The notes under the pieces are model-generated. The model was not told where the DNA came from. It searched no databases and saw only the letters and a list, made by a program, of their open reading frames with translations. Position numbers and translations under genes: made by a program. Shown piece by piece: positions 45,760 through 54,916 of a stretch of DNA of 64,000 nucleotides. Source of the DNA: an uncultured Lachnospiraceae bacterium (GTDB taxonomy: Bacteria; Bacillota; Clostridia; Lachnospirales; Lachnospiraceae); NCBI GenBank assembly GCA_900320025.1, contig ONQW01000001.1:18811-82810 (forward strand), given 5' to 3'. How positions within the stretch are numbered: position 1 is the first letter of the stretch; the number at the start of each line of letters is the position of its first letter.

Positions 45760-48700
45760 TTAAATCTCGTTCTCTTCAATATATGCTTCAAAGTCACTCT
45801 GGCTCATCAGAACCTGTCTGGCCTTTGTTCCTTCATCCGCACTGACTACCCCGGCCTCACAGAGCTGATCCATGATTCTGGCTGCCCGGTTAAAGCCGAT
45901 TTTGAACACACGCTGCAGCATGCCGATGGATGCCTTTTTCTTTTCGATAATCAGGTATCCGGCTTCTATGAAGTGCTCATCGTACTGGGAATCCTGCCCG
46001 GCGCTGCCCATGGCAGACGGTCCTGCAGAATCCTGTCCGTTGTTCATCATTTCGATCTTTTTCTCGATATCATTGCCCTCCACCCATGTCTGGTTGTGAT
46101 ACTTGATGTAATTCGCGACATCGGTGACCTCTTCATCGGACACAAAGGCCCCCTGCACCCGGGCCGGCTTGGAGTACCCCTGTGGGTAAAACAGCATATC
46201 TCCCTTGCCGAGCAGCTTCTCCGCCCCATACATATCCAGAATCGTTCTGGAATCCACACCACTCGATACGGCGAAGGCGATCCTGCTCGGCATATTGGCC
46301 TTGATCAGTCCTGTGATCACATCCACGGAAGGGCGCTGGGTCGCGATGATCAGGTGGATTCCTGCTGCGCGGGCCAGCTGCGCCAGGCGGCAGATGGCTT
46401 CCTCCACGTCCTTTGCTGATACCATCATCAGATCCGCAAGCTCGTCTACAATGATGACAATCTGCGGAAGAGGAGTCATGGCGTCGCCATGCGCATTCCT
46501 TGCTTTTTCATTATACCCCTTCAGATCGCGGACGGACTCCTCCGCGAACCGGCGGTACCGGTCCGTCATCTCCGCAACAGCCCATTGCAGGGCGCCGGCC
46601 GCTTTCTTGGGATCCGTCACCACAGGAAGCAGCAGATGCGGGATTCCGTTATAGACAGAGAGCTCCACAATTTTGGGATCGATCATGATGAGCTTGACCT
46701 GATCCGGAGTATAACTGTAAAGAATACTCAAAATAATCGTATTGATACAGACGGATTTGCCGGAACCGGTGGAACCCGCGATCAGAAGATGCGGCATCTT
46801 GGCTATATCCGCCACCACGACATTGCCGCCGATATCTTTTCCGACACCGAATCGGATTTTGCCGTGAAAATTCTGATATTCCTCTGATTCGAACAACTCC
46901 CGTAGCGGCACAGAGGAAGGACTGCGGTTTGGAACCTCAATGCCGATTGCCTGTTTTCCAGGAATCGGCGCTTCGATCCGGATATCGGATGCCGCAAGGT
47001 TTAATTTGATGTCATCAGCAAGGGAGACAATCTTGGAGACCTTTACGCCCTGTGCCGGAAGCAATTCATACCTGGTGACAGCAGGTCCCTGACTCACCCG
47101 CGGGATGGTGACATCGACACCAAATGTTTTCAACGTATTCTGCAGATTGAATGCCGTCTCCTTGAGCTCCCGGTCCGTCTCCTCGCTGTGATCATGGCGT
47201 CCCTCATGCAGAAGCGTCACGGGCGGAAACTGGAACGGTGCCTTTGGCTGCTTTCTGATCTTTTCCTCCAGTGCATCTTTCTGCTTCTGTGCCTCTGCAA
47301 TACCACCTCCGAAGGTCAGGCCGGACGTGACGGATCTGAAAGGCTTATCCGCGGCAGCAGCCTCCTGAGACTGCGATCGAGCTGGCTCCGACATGGCATG
47401 ACCCGGCTTCGGGCTTCCGCCCCCGCTCCGCTCTCGCTCCACCTCGATCTCTTCAATTTCCTGCTCATCGGCCGTGGTGACGGCCTGCTCTGATGCAGGA
47501 AAGCTGGCTGATTCAGCTGTCTGCGAGGATACATGGTTACTATCCATGTCGACATTCTGCTCTGCTGCAAGTGTTCCTGTCGCATGATCAGCCGGCTCCA
47601 TTGACTGTATGGAATCCGGGGCTGCAGGCTGTTCCTCTGCGGCTGCCGCTTCCGTTTCCGTTTGACCAGCCGGCTCCATTGACTGTATGGAATCCGGGGC
47701 TGCAGGCTGTTCCTCTGCAGGTGCCGCTTCTGCTTGACCAGCCTGCCCCGCCGACTGCATAGAATTCGGAACAGCGGTCTGTACCGTTGCAGGCACAGTT
47801 TCTGTTTCATCCGCAGGTTTTGCCGCTTCCGCGAAGTACGGAACCGCATCCGGTTCCGATGCCGGCGCTGAGGCCGGCTCCGCAGGGCGCTGCATCGCTT
47901 CTTCCACGCCCTGACGGATGATCTGCTCTTCGAAAGCCCTGGATGTGTAGTCGGGGTTTGTCTCCTGCGGAATCGGAACGCCAATGCCGGAATACTGCAG
48001 CGCTGCCTGCGCAGCCTTCTGCTCCCTCACATCTGCCTTCAGCGCGATGGCACTGTACGCTGCCGGACCCGCTGTAATTTCATGAAGCCACGGATCCACA
48101 GAATACTGCTCCGCATCGTGATTCTTCGCCGTCTGTATCTCTCCCGGCGCGTTGTCCACGGCAAGTGGTGCTCCTGACTGAGAAGGCTCCTCGCCGCTTT
48201 CTCCATCGGTCTTTGCCGCGGTTTCTTCTTCTCCGGCCGTATCGTCGTTCCGGGTATATTGAGGTACCTCTGTGACCACAGACAATCTGTCGGCAGTGGA
48301 TGAAGATTCAGACGTCTGGCTGCTCCCGGGAATCCCGGCAGAGGTGGCTGCATCGGCTGCCTGCTTCGTCAGCTCCCCGCCGGGAATGCCGAAATCAGAC
48401 GGACTTCCTGGTGCACCGGCCTGCTGCTCAGTCTGCTCCCCCGGTTCTGACTCCGAGAGCGTTGCATTAGCCAGGTAGTTTTCATATTCCTCGGGAGTCC
48501 GGACTTTGACGATAGAATCTGCCATCCGGCGGTTCTCTTCCTCAAGCTCCCTCTGTTTTTTCTTCCGCGCCTGCTCTGCTTCCCATGCCTCCTGTGTCTG
48601 CCTTCTCTGTTCCCGCTCCTTCTCCCGGCGGAGACGAAGATCCTCCACCTCCTGCCTGCGTCGTATGGTGTCGCGGCGCCTCCGTTCTCTGTCTTCTTCC

Positions 48701-49626
48701 CGCAGTCGGCGGTATTCCTCCTTGTCCGCCTCCTCTTCCTGCGCCAGAGCATCCTCTTCTTCCCAGGTGCGGATATCCCTTGCGCGGCGGCCCTCCTCTT
48801 CATATGGCCGACTGCCTTCCTCCGCGTAACCGTCATCGTCGTAACCGTGGAGACGACTGCTTTCCATCATGTCAAAAAGCGATCTGCCGGACAGAATCAG
48901 GGCGCAGATCAGGATAATCATAACCAGAACAAGAATGGTTCCAACCTGCTTTAAAAAATAATAGAGAAGATAGGTAAGAGAGCCCTCAAGAAGCCCTCCC
49001 CCGTTTCTACCTTCCCGGCAGCGAAGAAAAATGGCGGCAGGGTCATACCCTGCGGAGCTTTTCAGATTGCCCGCTGCCAGTTCACAAATCATGCCGGCCA
49101 CCAGAAAAAGAACCCCGCTGCACGAGATTTTTGCAATGGTTCCGCGATCATTCCTCCTCGCAAAATAAAATCCGGTGAGTCCAAATGTAAGCGGAGGAAG
49201 AATATAATTGGGAAATCCAAACAGGCCGAACATCACACCGCTGACTGCATTTCCCACAGGTCCCATGATACGGAAATTGGCAAGAAACAGAAAGACCGTG
49301 ACTGCCAGCAGAACGATCAGCACAATATCTTCTCTGGACGCATAAGCCGCATTGGATGAGCCCCGGCCGGAGGACGTCGGCCTGCGGCCGCTCCTTTCAT
49401 ACTCCGTCGATCTGTGCCTTCCCCGGTTTCCGGCACCGTTTCCCGAAACACTGGAAACTGGCCTGGAAGAGCTTCGCCCTGACTGCGCCGCCGTGCGGGA
49501 TGCGCTGCTTCTGGTCTGACCGGTACTGCGGCGGGAACTCTGTGCCGCACCGGAGTCCTTCCGGCTGCGCTGCGCCGATGCCGTCCGTGCGGTTCCTGTC
49601 GATTTTCTGCGGGTTTCCTGTGCCAT
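45760..49626 (-). CDS. ftsK: DNA translocase FtsK/SpoIIIE with a long low-complexity linker
   Basis: N-terminal TM block; GPAVTRYE, IRIEAPIPGK, PHLLIAGSTGSGKSV, IVDELADLM, ATQRPSVDV, GAEKLLGKGDML; gamma domain QRVFKIGFNRAARIMDQL. Confidence 0.95.
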   Translation of the reverse strand: MAQETRRKSTGTARTASAQRSRKDSGAAQSSRRSTGQTRSSASRTAAQSGRSSSRPVSSVSGNGAGNRGRHRSTEYERSGRRPTSSGRGSSNAAYASREDIVLIVLLAVTVFLFLANFRIMGPVGNAVSGVMFGLFGFPNYILPPLTFGLTGFYFARRNDRGTIAKISCSGVLFLVAGMICELAAGNLKSSAGYDPAAIFLRCREGRNGGGLLEGSLTYLLYYFLKQVGTILVLVMIILICALILSGRSLFDMMESSRLHGYDDDGYAEEGSRPYEEEGRRARDIRTWEEEDALAQEEEADKEEYRRLREEDRERRRRDTIRRRQEVEDLRLRREKEREQRRQTQEAWEAEQARKKKQRELEEENRRMADSIVKVRTPEEYENYLANATLSESEPGEQTEQQAGAPGSPSDFGIPGGELTKQAADAATSAGIPGSSQTSESSSTADRLSVVTEVPQYTRNDDTAGEEETAAKTDGESGEEPSQSGAPLAVDNAPGEIQTAKNHDAEQYSVDPWLHEITAGPAAYSAIALKADVREQKAAQAALQYSGIGVPIPQETNPDYTSRAFEEQIIRQGVEEAMQRPAEPASAPASEPDAVPYFAEAAKPADETETVPATVQTAVPNSMQSAGQAGQAEAAPAEEQPAAPDSIQSMEPAGQTETEAAAAEEQPAAPDSIQSMEPADHATGTLAAEQNVDMDSNHVSSQTAESASFPASEQAVTTADEQEIEEIEVERERSGGGSPKPGHAMSEPARSQSQEAAAADKPFRSVTSGLTFGGGIAEAQKQKDALEEKIRKQPKAPFQFPPVTLLHEGRHDHSEETDRELKETAFNLQNTLKTFGVDVTIPRVSQGPAVTRYELLPAQGVKVSKIVSLADDIKLNLAASDIRIEAPIPGKQAIGIEVPNRSPSSVPLRELFESEEYQNFHGKIRFGVGKDIGGNVVVADIAKMPHLLIAGSTGSGKSVCINTIILSILYSYTPDQVKLIMIDPKIVELSVYNGIPHLLLPVVTDPKKAAGALQWAVAEMTDRYRRFAEESVRDLKGYNEKARNAHGDAMTPLPQIVIIVDELADLMMVSAKDVEEAICRLAQLARAAGIHLIIATQRPSVDVITGLIKANMPSRIAFAVSSGVDSRTILDMYGAEKLLGKGDMLFYPQGYSKPARVQGAFVSDEEVTDVANYIKYHNQTWVEGNDIEKKIEMMNNGQDSAGPSAMGSAGQDSQYDEHFIEAGYLIIEKKKASIGMLQRVFKIGFNRAARIMDQLCEAGVVSADEGTKARQVLMSQSDFEAYIEENEI
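47589..47769. repeat. 78-bp-period in-frame tandem repeat in the ftsK linker
   Basis: Identical 52-bp block cagccggctccattgactgtatggaatccggggctgcaggctgttcctctgc at 47589-47640 and 47667-47718, plus a degenerate partial third copy; encodes AEEQPAAPDSIQSMEPA twice. Confidence 0.95.
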
Positions 49627-49649
49627 GCTGCCTCCTGATCCGCCGGTTA

Positions 49650-49967
49650 TCAGATATCAAAATCATCGCTGTCCGAGATCACAATATCAAAATCGTCTGA
49701 ACAATCTGTGTTCCGCTCTGTTGAAGGAAAATCCTGCCTCCCCTGATTCTCCGGTCCATTCTCTGGCGTCTGATTCGGGGACGAGGCGAAGGCGGTGCAG
49801 CTCTGCCCCTGTTGCAGAACCGAGCGGACTGTCAGAACCGGAGCTCCTTCCACCTCTCCATAGGGTGACTCCGGCTCCTTGCCGCCGGCCGGAGATGCGG
49901 CCTCCGACAGCGCCGCCTTCAAAATCAATTTTTCACAGCTATTATCTTCCGTCATTTCAAAGTCCAT
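49650..49967 (-). CDS. Small acidic hypothetical protein
   Basis: 105 aa ORF with GGAAGG upstream, ending 24 nt before ftsK; C-terminus DDFDIVISDSDDFDI. No recognisable family. Confidence 0.45.
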   Translation of the reverse strand: MDFEMTEDNSCEKLILKAALSEAASPAGGKEPESPYGEVEGAPVLTVRSVLQQGQSCTAFASSPNQTPENGPENQGRQDFPSTERNTDCSDDFDIVISDSDDFDI

Positions 49968-50230
49968 GCCACGCCTTCCGGGAGTACTGCGGACCAGGGC
50001 TATACGGGCCTTCCACCTGGAACCCGACGATGCACGGCTGCGTCATCGGCGAACCAATACTCCTGCCGCGTTCTTTTGATATGTTTGATGTGAATGAAAA
50101 CCGGATTCCACGCTGCGCAGCAGACATGGAATCCGGTTCTGCAGGTTCTCACCTGCCTGTCCCTCTGTTCTCTTTTGTCCAATGGCAGCCTTCAGGCTTC
50201 AGAAAGAACCTCCGCCCTGTCCCGGGCAGA

Positions 50231-50968
50231 TTACTCTTCCTCAGGCTCGTCCCAGTTGGTGTAGACGTTCTGCACATCGTCAAGCTCATCCAGGTTGTCG
50301 AGGATACGGCGCATACTCTTCACTTTCTCCTCCGGAACAGCCACATAATTCTGCGGAATCATGGTCACCTCTGCAGAAACAGTTGGTATCCCCTCTTTTT
50401 CCAGTGCTTTTGTCACTTCCTCAAACGCATCGGGTGAAGTCAGGACCTCATAGCTGTCCTCTTCCTCCTGAAAATCATCCGCACCGGCGTCCAGCGCCAT
50501 CATCATGAGGTCGTCGGCGGACATACCGCACTCTTCTTTATCAATGATGATCTGTCCCTTGCGGTCGAACATGAAGGAAACACAGCCCGGTGTGCCGACA
50601 TTGCCGCCGCCCTTGGTAAAGGCGGAACGGACATCAGATGCAGTCCGGTTCGGATTGTCCGTCAGCGTATCCACAATGATCGCAACGCCGTTTGGGCCGT
50701 ACCCCTCATAGGTGTTGACCTGATAATTCACGCCGTCCGTGTCACCGGCAGCTTTTTTGATGCCGCGCTCAATCGTATCATTCGGCACGTTGTTTGCCTT
50801 AGCCTTGGCGACGACCTGAGCGAGCTTGAAGTTGTTGTTCGGGTCGGGACCGCCTTCCTTTACGGCAACAGCAATTTCACGTCCGATGATTGTGAAAATC
50901 TTGCCCTTCGCTGCATCATTCTTTTCTTTCTTGTGCTTGATGTTCGCAAATTTGGAATGTCCTGACAT
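50231..50968 (-). CDS. YebC/PmpR-family protein
   Basis: MSGHSKFANIKHKK, YEGYGPNGVA, VSFMFDRKG, DDVQNVYTN. Confidence 0.96.
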   Translation of the reverse strand: MSGHSKFANIKHKKEKNDAAKGKIFTIIGREIAVAVKEGGPDPNNNFKLAQVVAKAKANNVPNDTIERGIKKAAGDTDGVNYQVNTYEGYGPNGVAIIVDTLTDNPNRTASDVRSAFTKGGGNVGTPGCVSFMFDRKGQIIIDKEECGMSADDLMMMALDAGADDFQEEEDSYEVLTSPDAFEEVTKALEKEGIPTVSAEVTMIPQNYVAVPEEKVKSMRRILDNLDELDDVQNVYTNWDEPEEE

Positions 50969-51043
50969 AATCGTTCTCCATCATTTCATTGAATTGAATA
51001 AAAACATACCTTTTTATCTTATCATTCGGTCTGGCCTGCGTCA

Positions 51044-51118
51044 ATTCGTGATTCCTGAAACGGCTTGACATTCGTGATTCCTGATACAAGCTTGACATTT
51101 ATGATCCCTGATACAAGC
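51044..51118. repeat. Three imperfect 26-27-bp tandem repeats overlapping the alr stop codon
   Basis: attcgtgattcctgaaacggcttgac / attcgtgattcctgatacaagcttgac / atttatgatccctgatacaagc. Confidence 0.9.
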
Positions 51119-52247
51119 GCGGCACACGCTTGTTGATATCGCAGGCAATCTCATAATTGAAGCGGCCGCACAGAGCTCCCAGCTGCTCCAGAGATATCTG
51201 TTCCCCACCGTCCTGTCCGACGAGAGTCACCCGGTCCCCTTCACAGACATTCGGAATATCTGTGACATCCGCCATCAGCTGATCCATACAGATTCTTCCA
51301 AGAATTGCTGCCCTCTTTCCGCGGATCAATACATAAGCTCCCCTGCCGGAAAGCTGCCGCGGATAACCGTCTCCATAACCGACAGAGATTGTCGCGACGC
51401 GTGTCGGGGCGGCCGTGGTATAGGTTCCACCGTAGCTGATCTCCCTGCCGGCTGGAAGCGTCTTCAGATAAACGACTGTAGAATACCAGGAGAGCACCGG
51501 TTTGAGCGGAACGGCATCTCTCGATACCTCCGGGGACGGCCAGAGACCATATAATGTGATGCCCGCCCGGACCATATCAAGCTGCAACTCCGGCATGTCC
51601 AGAATGCCTGCACTGTTGGATGCCGTTCTGATTGGAATTCGGTAACCGGTCTGATGCTCCGCAGCGGCAAGAAACGAAGTGAAGAGAGAGAACTGCCGGC
51701 GGGTGGAAGTCTTATCGGCCTCATCTGCCTTCGCAAAATGCGTAAAGCATCCCTCCACCTCGATTCCAGGGAGCGACAGCGCTTTTTGAAGAAAGGCGAT
51801 ACCGCTCCCGTCCGGCGTGACGCCGATTCTGGACATACCCGTGTCGACCGCCAGGAAAATCCTGGCTTTCCGGTGTGCCGCTTCGGCGGCCGCGGAGAGC
51901 TGTTCGAGCATGTCCTCGCGGAATACTGCCGGTCTGATTTCCTCCCTGATTAATGTTTCATAGCACGGAGGAAATACATAGCCAAGAATCAGAATCGGTT
52001 TTGCAATCCCTGCTCTGCGCAGCTCCTCTGCCTCTTCAAATGTTGCGGTGCAGAAGCCCCACAGATAAGGAAGATCCTCAAGTGTCCTGGCAATCTGCAC
52101 AGCACCATGTCCATAGCCATCCGTCTTGACGACCGCAGCCATCTTCGTCTCAGGACGGAGAACAGCATGCATCTGTTCCATATTTTCTCTTGCAGCGCGA
52201 AGATCGATCTCTGCCCAGGTTCTGAGCCCGCATCCAGTCATTTCCAT
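51099..52247 (-). CDS. alr: Alanine racemase
   Basis: TWAEIDL, AVVKTDGYGHG (PLP lysine), VDTGMSRIG, FTHFA, VRAGITLYG, GYGDGYPR, GRICMDQ. Confidence 0.96.
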   Translation of the reverse strand: MEMTGCGLRTWAEIDLRAARENMEQMHAVLRPETKMAAVVKTDGYGHGAVQIARTLEDLPYLWGFCTATFEEAEELRRAGIAKPILILGYVFPPCYETLIREEIRPAVFREDMLEQLSAAAEAAHRKARIFLAVDTGMSRIGVTPDGSGIAFLQKALSLPGIEVEGCFTHFAKADEADKTSTRRQFSLFTSFLAAAEHQTGYRIPIRTASNSAGILDMPELQLDMVRAGITLYGLWPSPEVSRDAVPLKPVLSWYSTVVYLKTLPAGREISYGGTYTTAAPTRVATISVGYGDGYPRQLSGRGAYVLIRGKRAAILGRICMDQLMADVTDIPNVCEGDRVTLVGQDGGEQISLEQLGALCGRFNYEIACDINKRVPRLYQGS

Positions 52248-52310
52248 TTCAGCACTCCATACCACGTATTTTGCTGAATCCAGCCGGGACAGCGATCCCG
52301 GCACGTCATG

Positions 52311-53942
52311 TCAGGTCATTGCTGCTTCATCTGCCCTCTGCGCGGATGTATATTCCTGCAGCACACGGCCGACCCGCTGTGTGATATCACCGGCAGTCAT
52401 GCCGTCCGGGCCGAGCTCCCTGGCCGCCAGGTCTCCCGCTGCAGCGTGAAGCAGCACAGCCATACATGCGGCCTGATATATATTCTGGCAGCGATGCAGC
52501 AGCGCCGACAGGATGCCGGTCAGAACATCCCCGGACCCGGCAGTTGCCATGCCGCTTCCGCCCTGGGAATTCAGGAAAATGCCATCCGGCGTCAGCACCA
52601 AAGTGCGGGCATCCTTGAGGATCATGCACGCCCGGTATGTCTCCGCGACCCGTCTTCCCTCTTCGATCCTCTGCAAAATCCTCTCTTTGAGGAGATTCTC
52701 CAGTGAGATGCCGGAGAGCGCCGCAAATTCTCCCGGATGCGGCGTCATTATAAGACCGCAGGAGGCAGGGCGGCTTTTCAGAATCTGTTGAAGCTGCCTG
52801 TCCTCTGCTAGAATACGAAGTCCGTCAGCATCGAGTACCAGAACTCCCCGGCCCCGTCTGCAGAACGCCGACACAAACGTTCGCAGCACAGCAGTTGCCG
52901 CCGGATCTCGGCCGAGACCCGGACCCGCCGCTGCGACATTCGCCCATCCCAAATCCTGATCAAACGTCACCGGAAGGCCATCTCCCCGCTGGGTGTCATA
53001 GCAATGCAGCATAGCCTCCGGAAGACGTTCCTGCAGAATGGCCCGGTTTTCTTCCGGCGTGATGATTTTTACCATTCCTGCACCGGACCGGAGTATGCTT
53101 TCTGCACACAGAATGGATGCACCGGCCATGCCCCTGCTTCCGGCAAGGAGCAGGACTCTGCCAAACGTCCCTTTGTTGCCGTCCGGTGCGCGGCCCGGAA
53201 TCAGCGCCAGATCACCGGGCTGCATGGTAAAGACTGAATCAGCAGGCGTTTTGCCGCAGACAAGGCGCAGCGCGGATCGGGGAATGCCGATTTCTTCCTG
53301 CACCAGTTTTCCGCAGTGGATGGCGCCGGGATACAGGATCTGCCCGATTTTGCGGGCGCCAAAGGTGACAGTCAGATCAGCTGGGACCGCATCTTCTTCG
53401 GCGGTGCCGTCATCGGCAGAAACACCGGTCGGCATATCCACGGACAGAATCAGAGCACCGCTCTGCTTCATCTGTCTGATTGTTCTCACCGCGGACAGCA
53501 CGTCTCCGCGCAGGGGACCTGTGAAGCCGGTTCCGCAGAGCGCATCCACGATGAGAAGACCGCCCTGAACCAAACCGGACCGCTTCTGCTGCCAGGCAGC
53601 GCTTCCATACCGCAGAACGGAACCCGAAAGATGCTCGCAGATTTGTTTCTCTACGGCTGCGGCGCTGCCCGGTGCGGGATCCTCTCCTGTCTGCACCGTA
53701 AGAACGTTCCGTCCTTCCTCGAGCAGGAGCCTCGCGGCGGCATAGCCATCCGCGCCATTGCTGCCGCGGCCGCAGAACACCACGCACTGTTTCCATCCCG
53801 TCATGCGAAGTGCTTCTCTCTGCACTGCGAGGGCTGCCCGTTCAATCAGAACAATTGCTGGAATGCCGATCGACTCCGTCGTATACCGGTCGGCGTCCCT
53901 CATCTGTTTTCCCGTCAGAAGATATTCCATCGACTCTGTCAC
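52311..53942 (-). CDS. nnr: Bifunctional NAD(P)H-hydrate epimerase/dehydratase
   Basis: CGRGSNGADG, VDALCGTG, SVDMPTG, DGNKGTFGR, GPGLG, LDADGL, TPHPGEF, MATAGSGDVLTG. Confidence 0.94.
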   Translation of the reverse strand: MTESMEYLLTGKQMRDADRYTTESIGIPAIVLIERAALAVQREALRMTGWKQCVVFCGRGSNGADGYAAARLLLEEGRNVLTVQTGEDPAPGSAAAVEKQICEHLSGSVLRYGSAAWQQKRSGLVQGGLLIVDALCGTGFTGPLRGDVLSAVRTIRQMKQSGALILSVDMPTGVSADDGTAEEDAVPADLTVTFGARKIGQILYPGAIHCGKLVQEEIGIPRSALRLVCGKTPADSVFTMQPGDLALIPGRAPDGNKGTFGRVLLLAGSRGMAGASILCAESILRSGAGMVKIITPEENRAILQERLPEAMLHCYDTQRGDGLPVTFDQDLGWANVAAAGPGLGRDPAATAVLRTFVSAFCRRGRGVLVLDADGLRILAEDRQLQQILKSRPASCGLIMTPHPGEFAALSGISLENLLKERILQRIEEGRRVAETYRACMILKDARTLVLTPDGIFLNSQGGSGMATAGSGDVLTGILSALLHRCQNIYQAACMAVLLHAAAGDLAARELGPDGMTAGDITQRVGRVLQEYTSAQRADEAAMT

Positions 53943-54619
53943 TTAGCTTCACCGGCCGGCGCGGTATCCGGCCCGATATGGTCCTCCGCCTCATCTGCTC
54001 TTCTCAGATTATAGGATAGTTTCATGAGGCTGTCGGACAAATGAACATTTTCAACCTGAACATGATCCGGTACAGGAAGATCGACATGCGCGAAATTCCA
54101 GATGCCGCGTATGCCGTACCGGACCAGTCTCTGAGCAATGGAGGGGGCATCCGTCTTGGGAATGCACAGAACAGCAATATCAATTTTATTGTCATAGATG
54201 AAATGCTCCATTTCATCCATGGAGTAGATTTTAATTCCGGCAACAGACGTTCCCACAAGCTGAGGATTGGAATCAAACGCGCCGCGGAAGTAAAACCCGC
54301 GATTCCGGAAATTCATATAATTGATCAGCGCGCAGCCCAGGTGGCCCGCTCCGATCAGAATCATGTTATGAGCGTTGTCGAGGCCCAGAATTCTGCCGAT
54401 TTCCTCATAGAGATATTCTACATTGTATCCATAACCCTGCTGCCCGAATCCCCCGAAATTATTGAAATCCTGGCGAATCTGGGATGCGGTGACATGCATG
54501 AGACGGCTCAGCTCCCTGGAGGAAATCCGGTCTACCCCGTCGCTCTTCAGCTCGCCAAGATATCGGTAATACCTTGGGAGACGTCCGATGACCGCCTGAG
54601 AAATTTCCCGTTCTTCCAA
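53939..54619 (-). CDS. rex: Redox-sensing transcriptional repressor Rex
   Basis: RLPRYYRYL, QIRQDFNNFGGFGQQGYGY, IGAGHLG, GIWNFA; likely TTG start at 54619 after GGAGGGGG. Confidence 0.96.
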   Translation of the reverse strand: MEEREISQAVIGRLPRYYRYLGELKSDGVDRISSRELSRLMHVTASQIRQDFNNFGGFGQQGYGYNVEYLYEEIGRILGLDNAHNMILIGAGHLGCALINYMNFRNRGFYFRGAFDSNPQLVGTSVAGIKIYSMDEMEHFIYDNKIDIAVLCIPKTDAPSIAQRLVRYGIRGIWNFAHVDLPVPDHVQVENVHLSDSLMKLSYNLRRADEAEDHIGPDTAPAGEAK

Positions 54620-54658
54620 CTCTAATACCCCCTCCGTGCCGCTAAACATTCAGACAAT

Positions 54659-54686
54659 ATTATAGCGAATGTTAATTTTCTGTCAA
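54659..54686 (-). promoter_or_regulatory. Sigma-A promoter of the rex-nnr-alr unit
   Basis: TTGACA-16 nt-TATAAT on the minus strand. Confidence 0.75.
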
Positions 54687-54916
54687 TCGATTCACTGGCA
54701 CGCGCAATTGCGTTTTTCGCAGCATGCAATCTCGTTATTCACCCCACACGAAGCCTCGTGGGGATACCATTCCCACGTTCTGCTCACGTCCCATGACGAT
54801 GATATGATACAGATTTGACGGAAAGAATCTGATGTTATAGAGTGAACAAGCCGCAGCTTGTCATTGCCCCATATAATTACACTTTATATAAAAGAAAGAC
54901 AGGAGTTGAAATCAGT

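Noticed and set aside
50000-50182. 60-aa ORF between yebC and the acidic ORF
   Set aside because: No motif, no clear SD and not in frame with the downstream ORF; more likely intergenic.
51044-51118. CRISPR array or antisense promoter (two TTGACA on the plus strand)
   Set aside because: Repeats are contiguous with no spacers and no cas genes; neither TTGACA has a -10 at the right distance.
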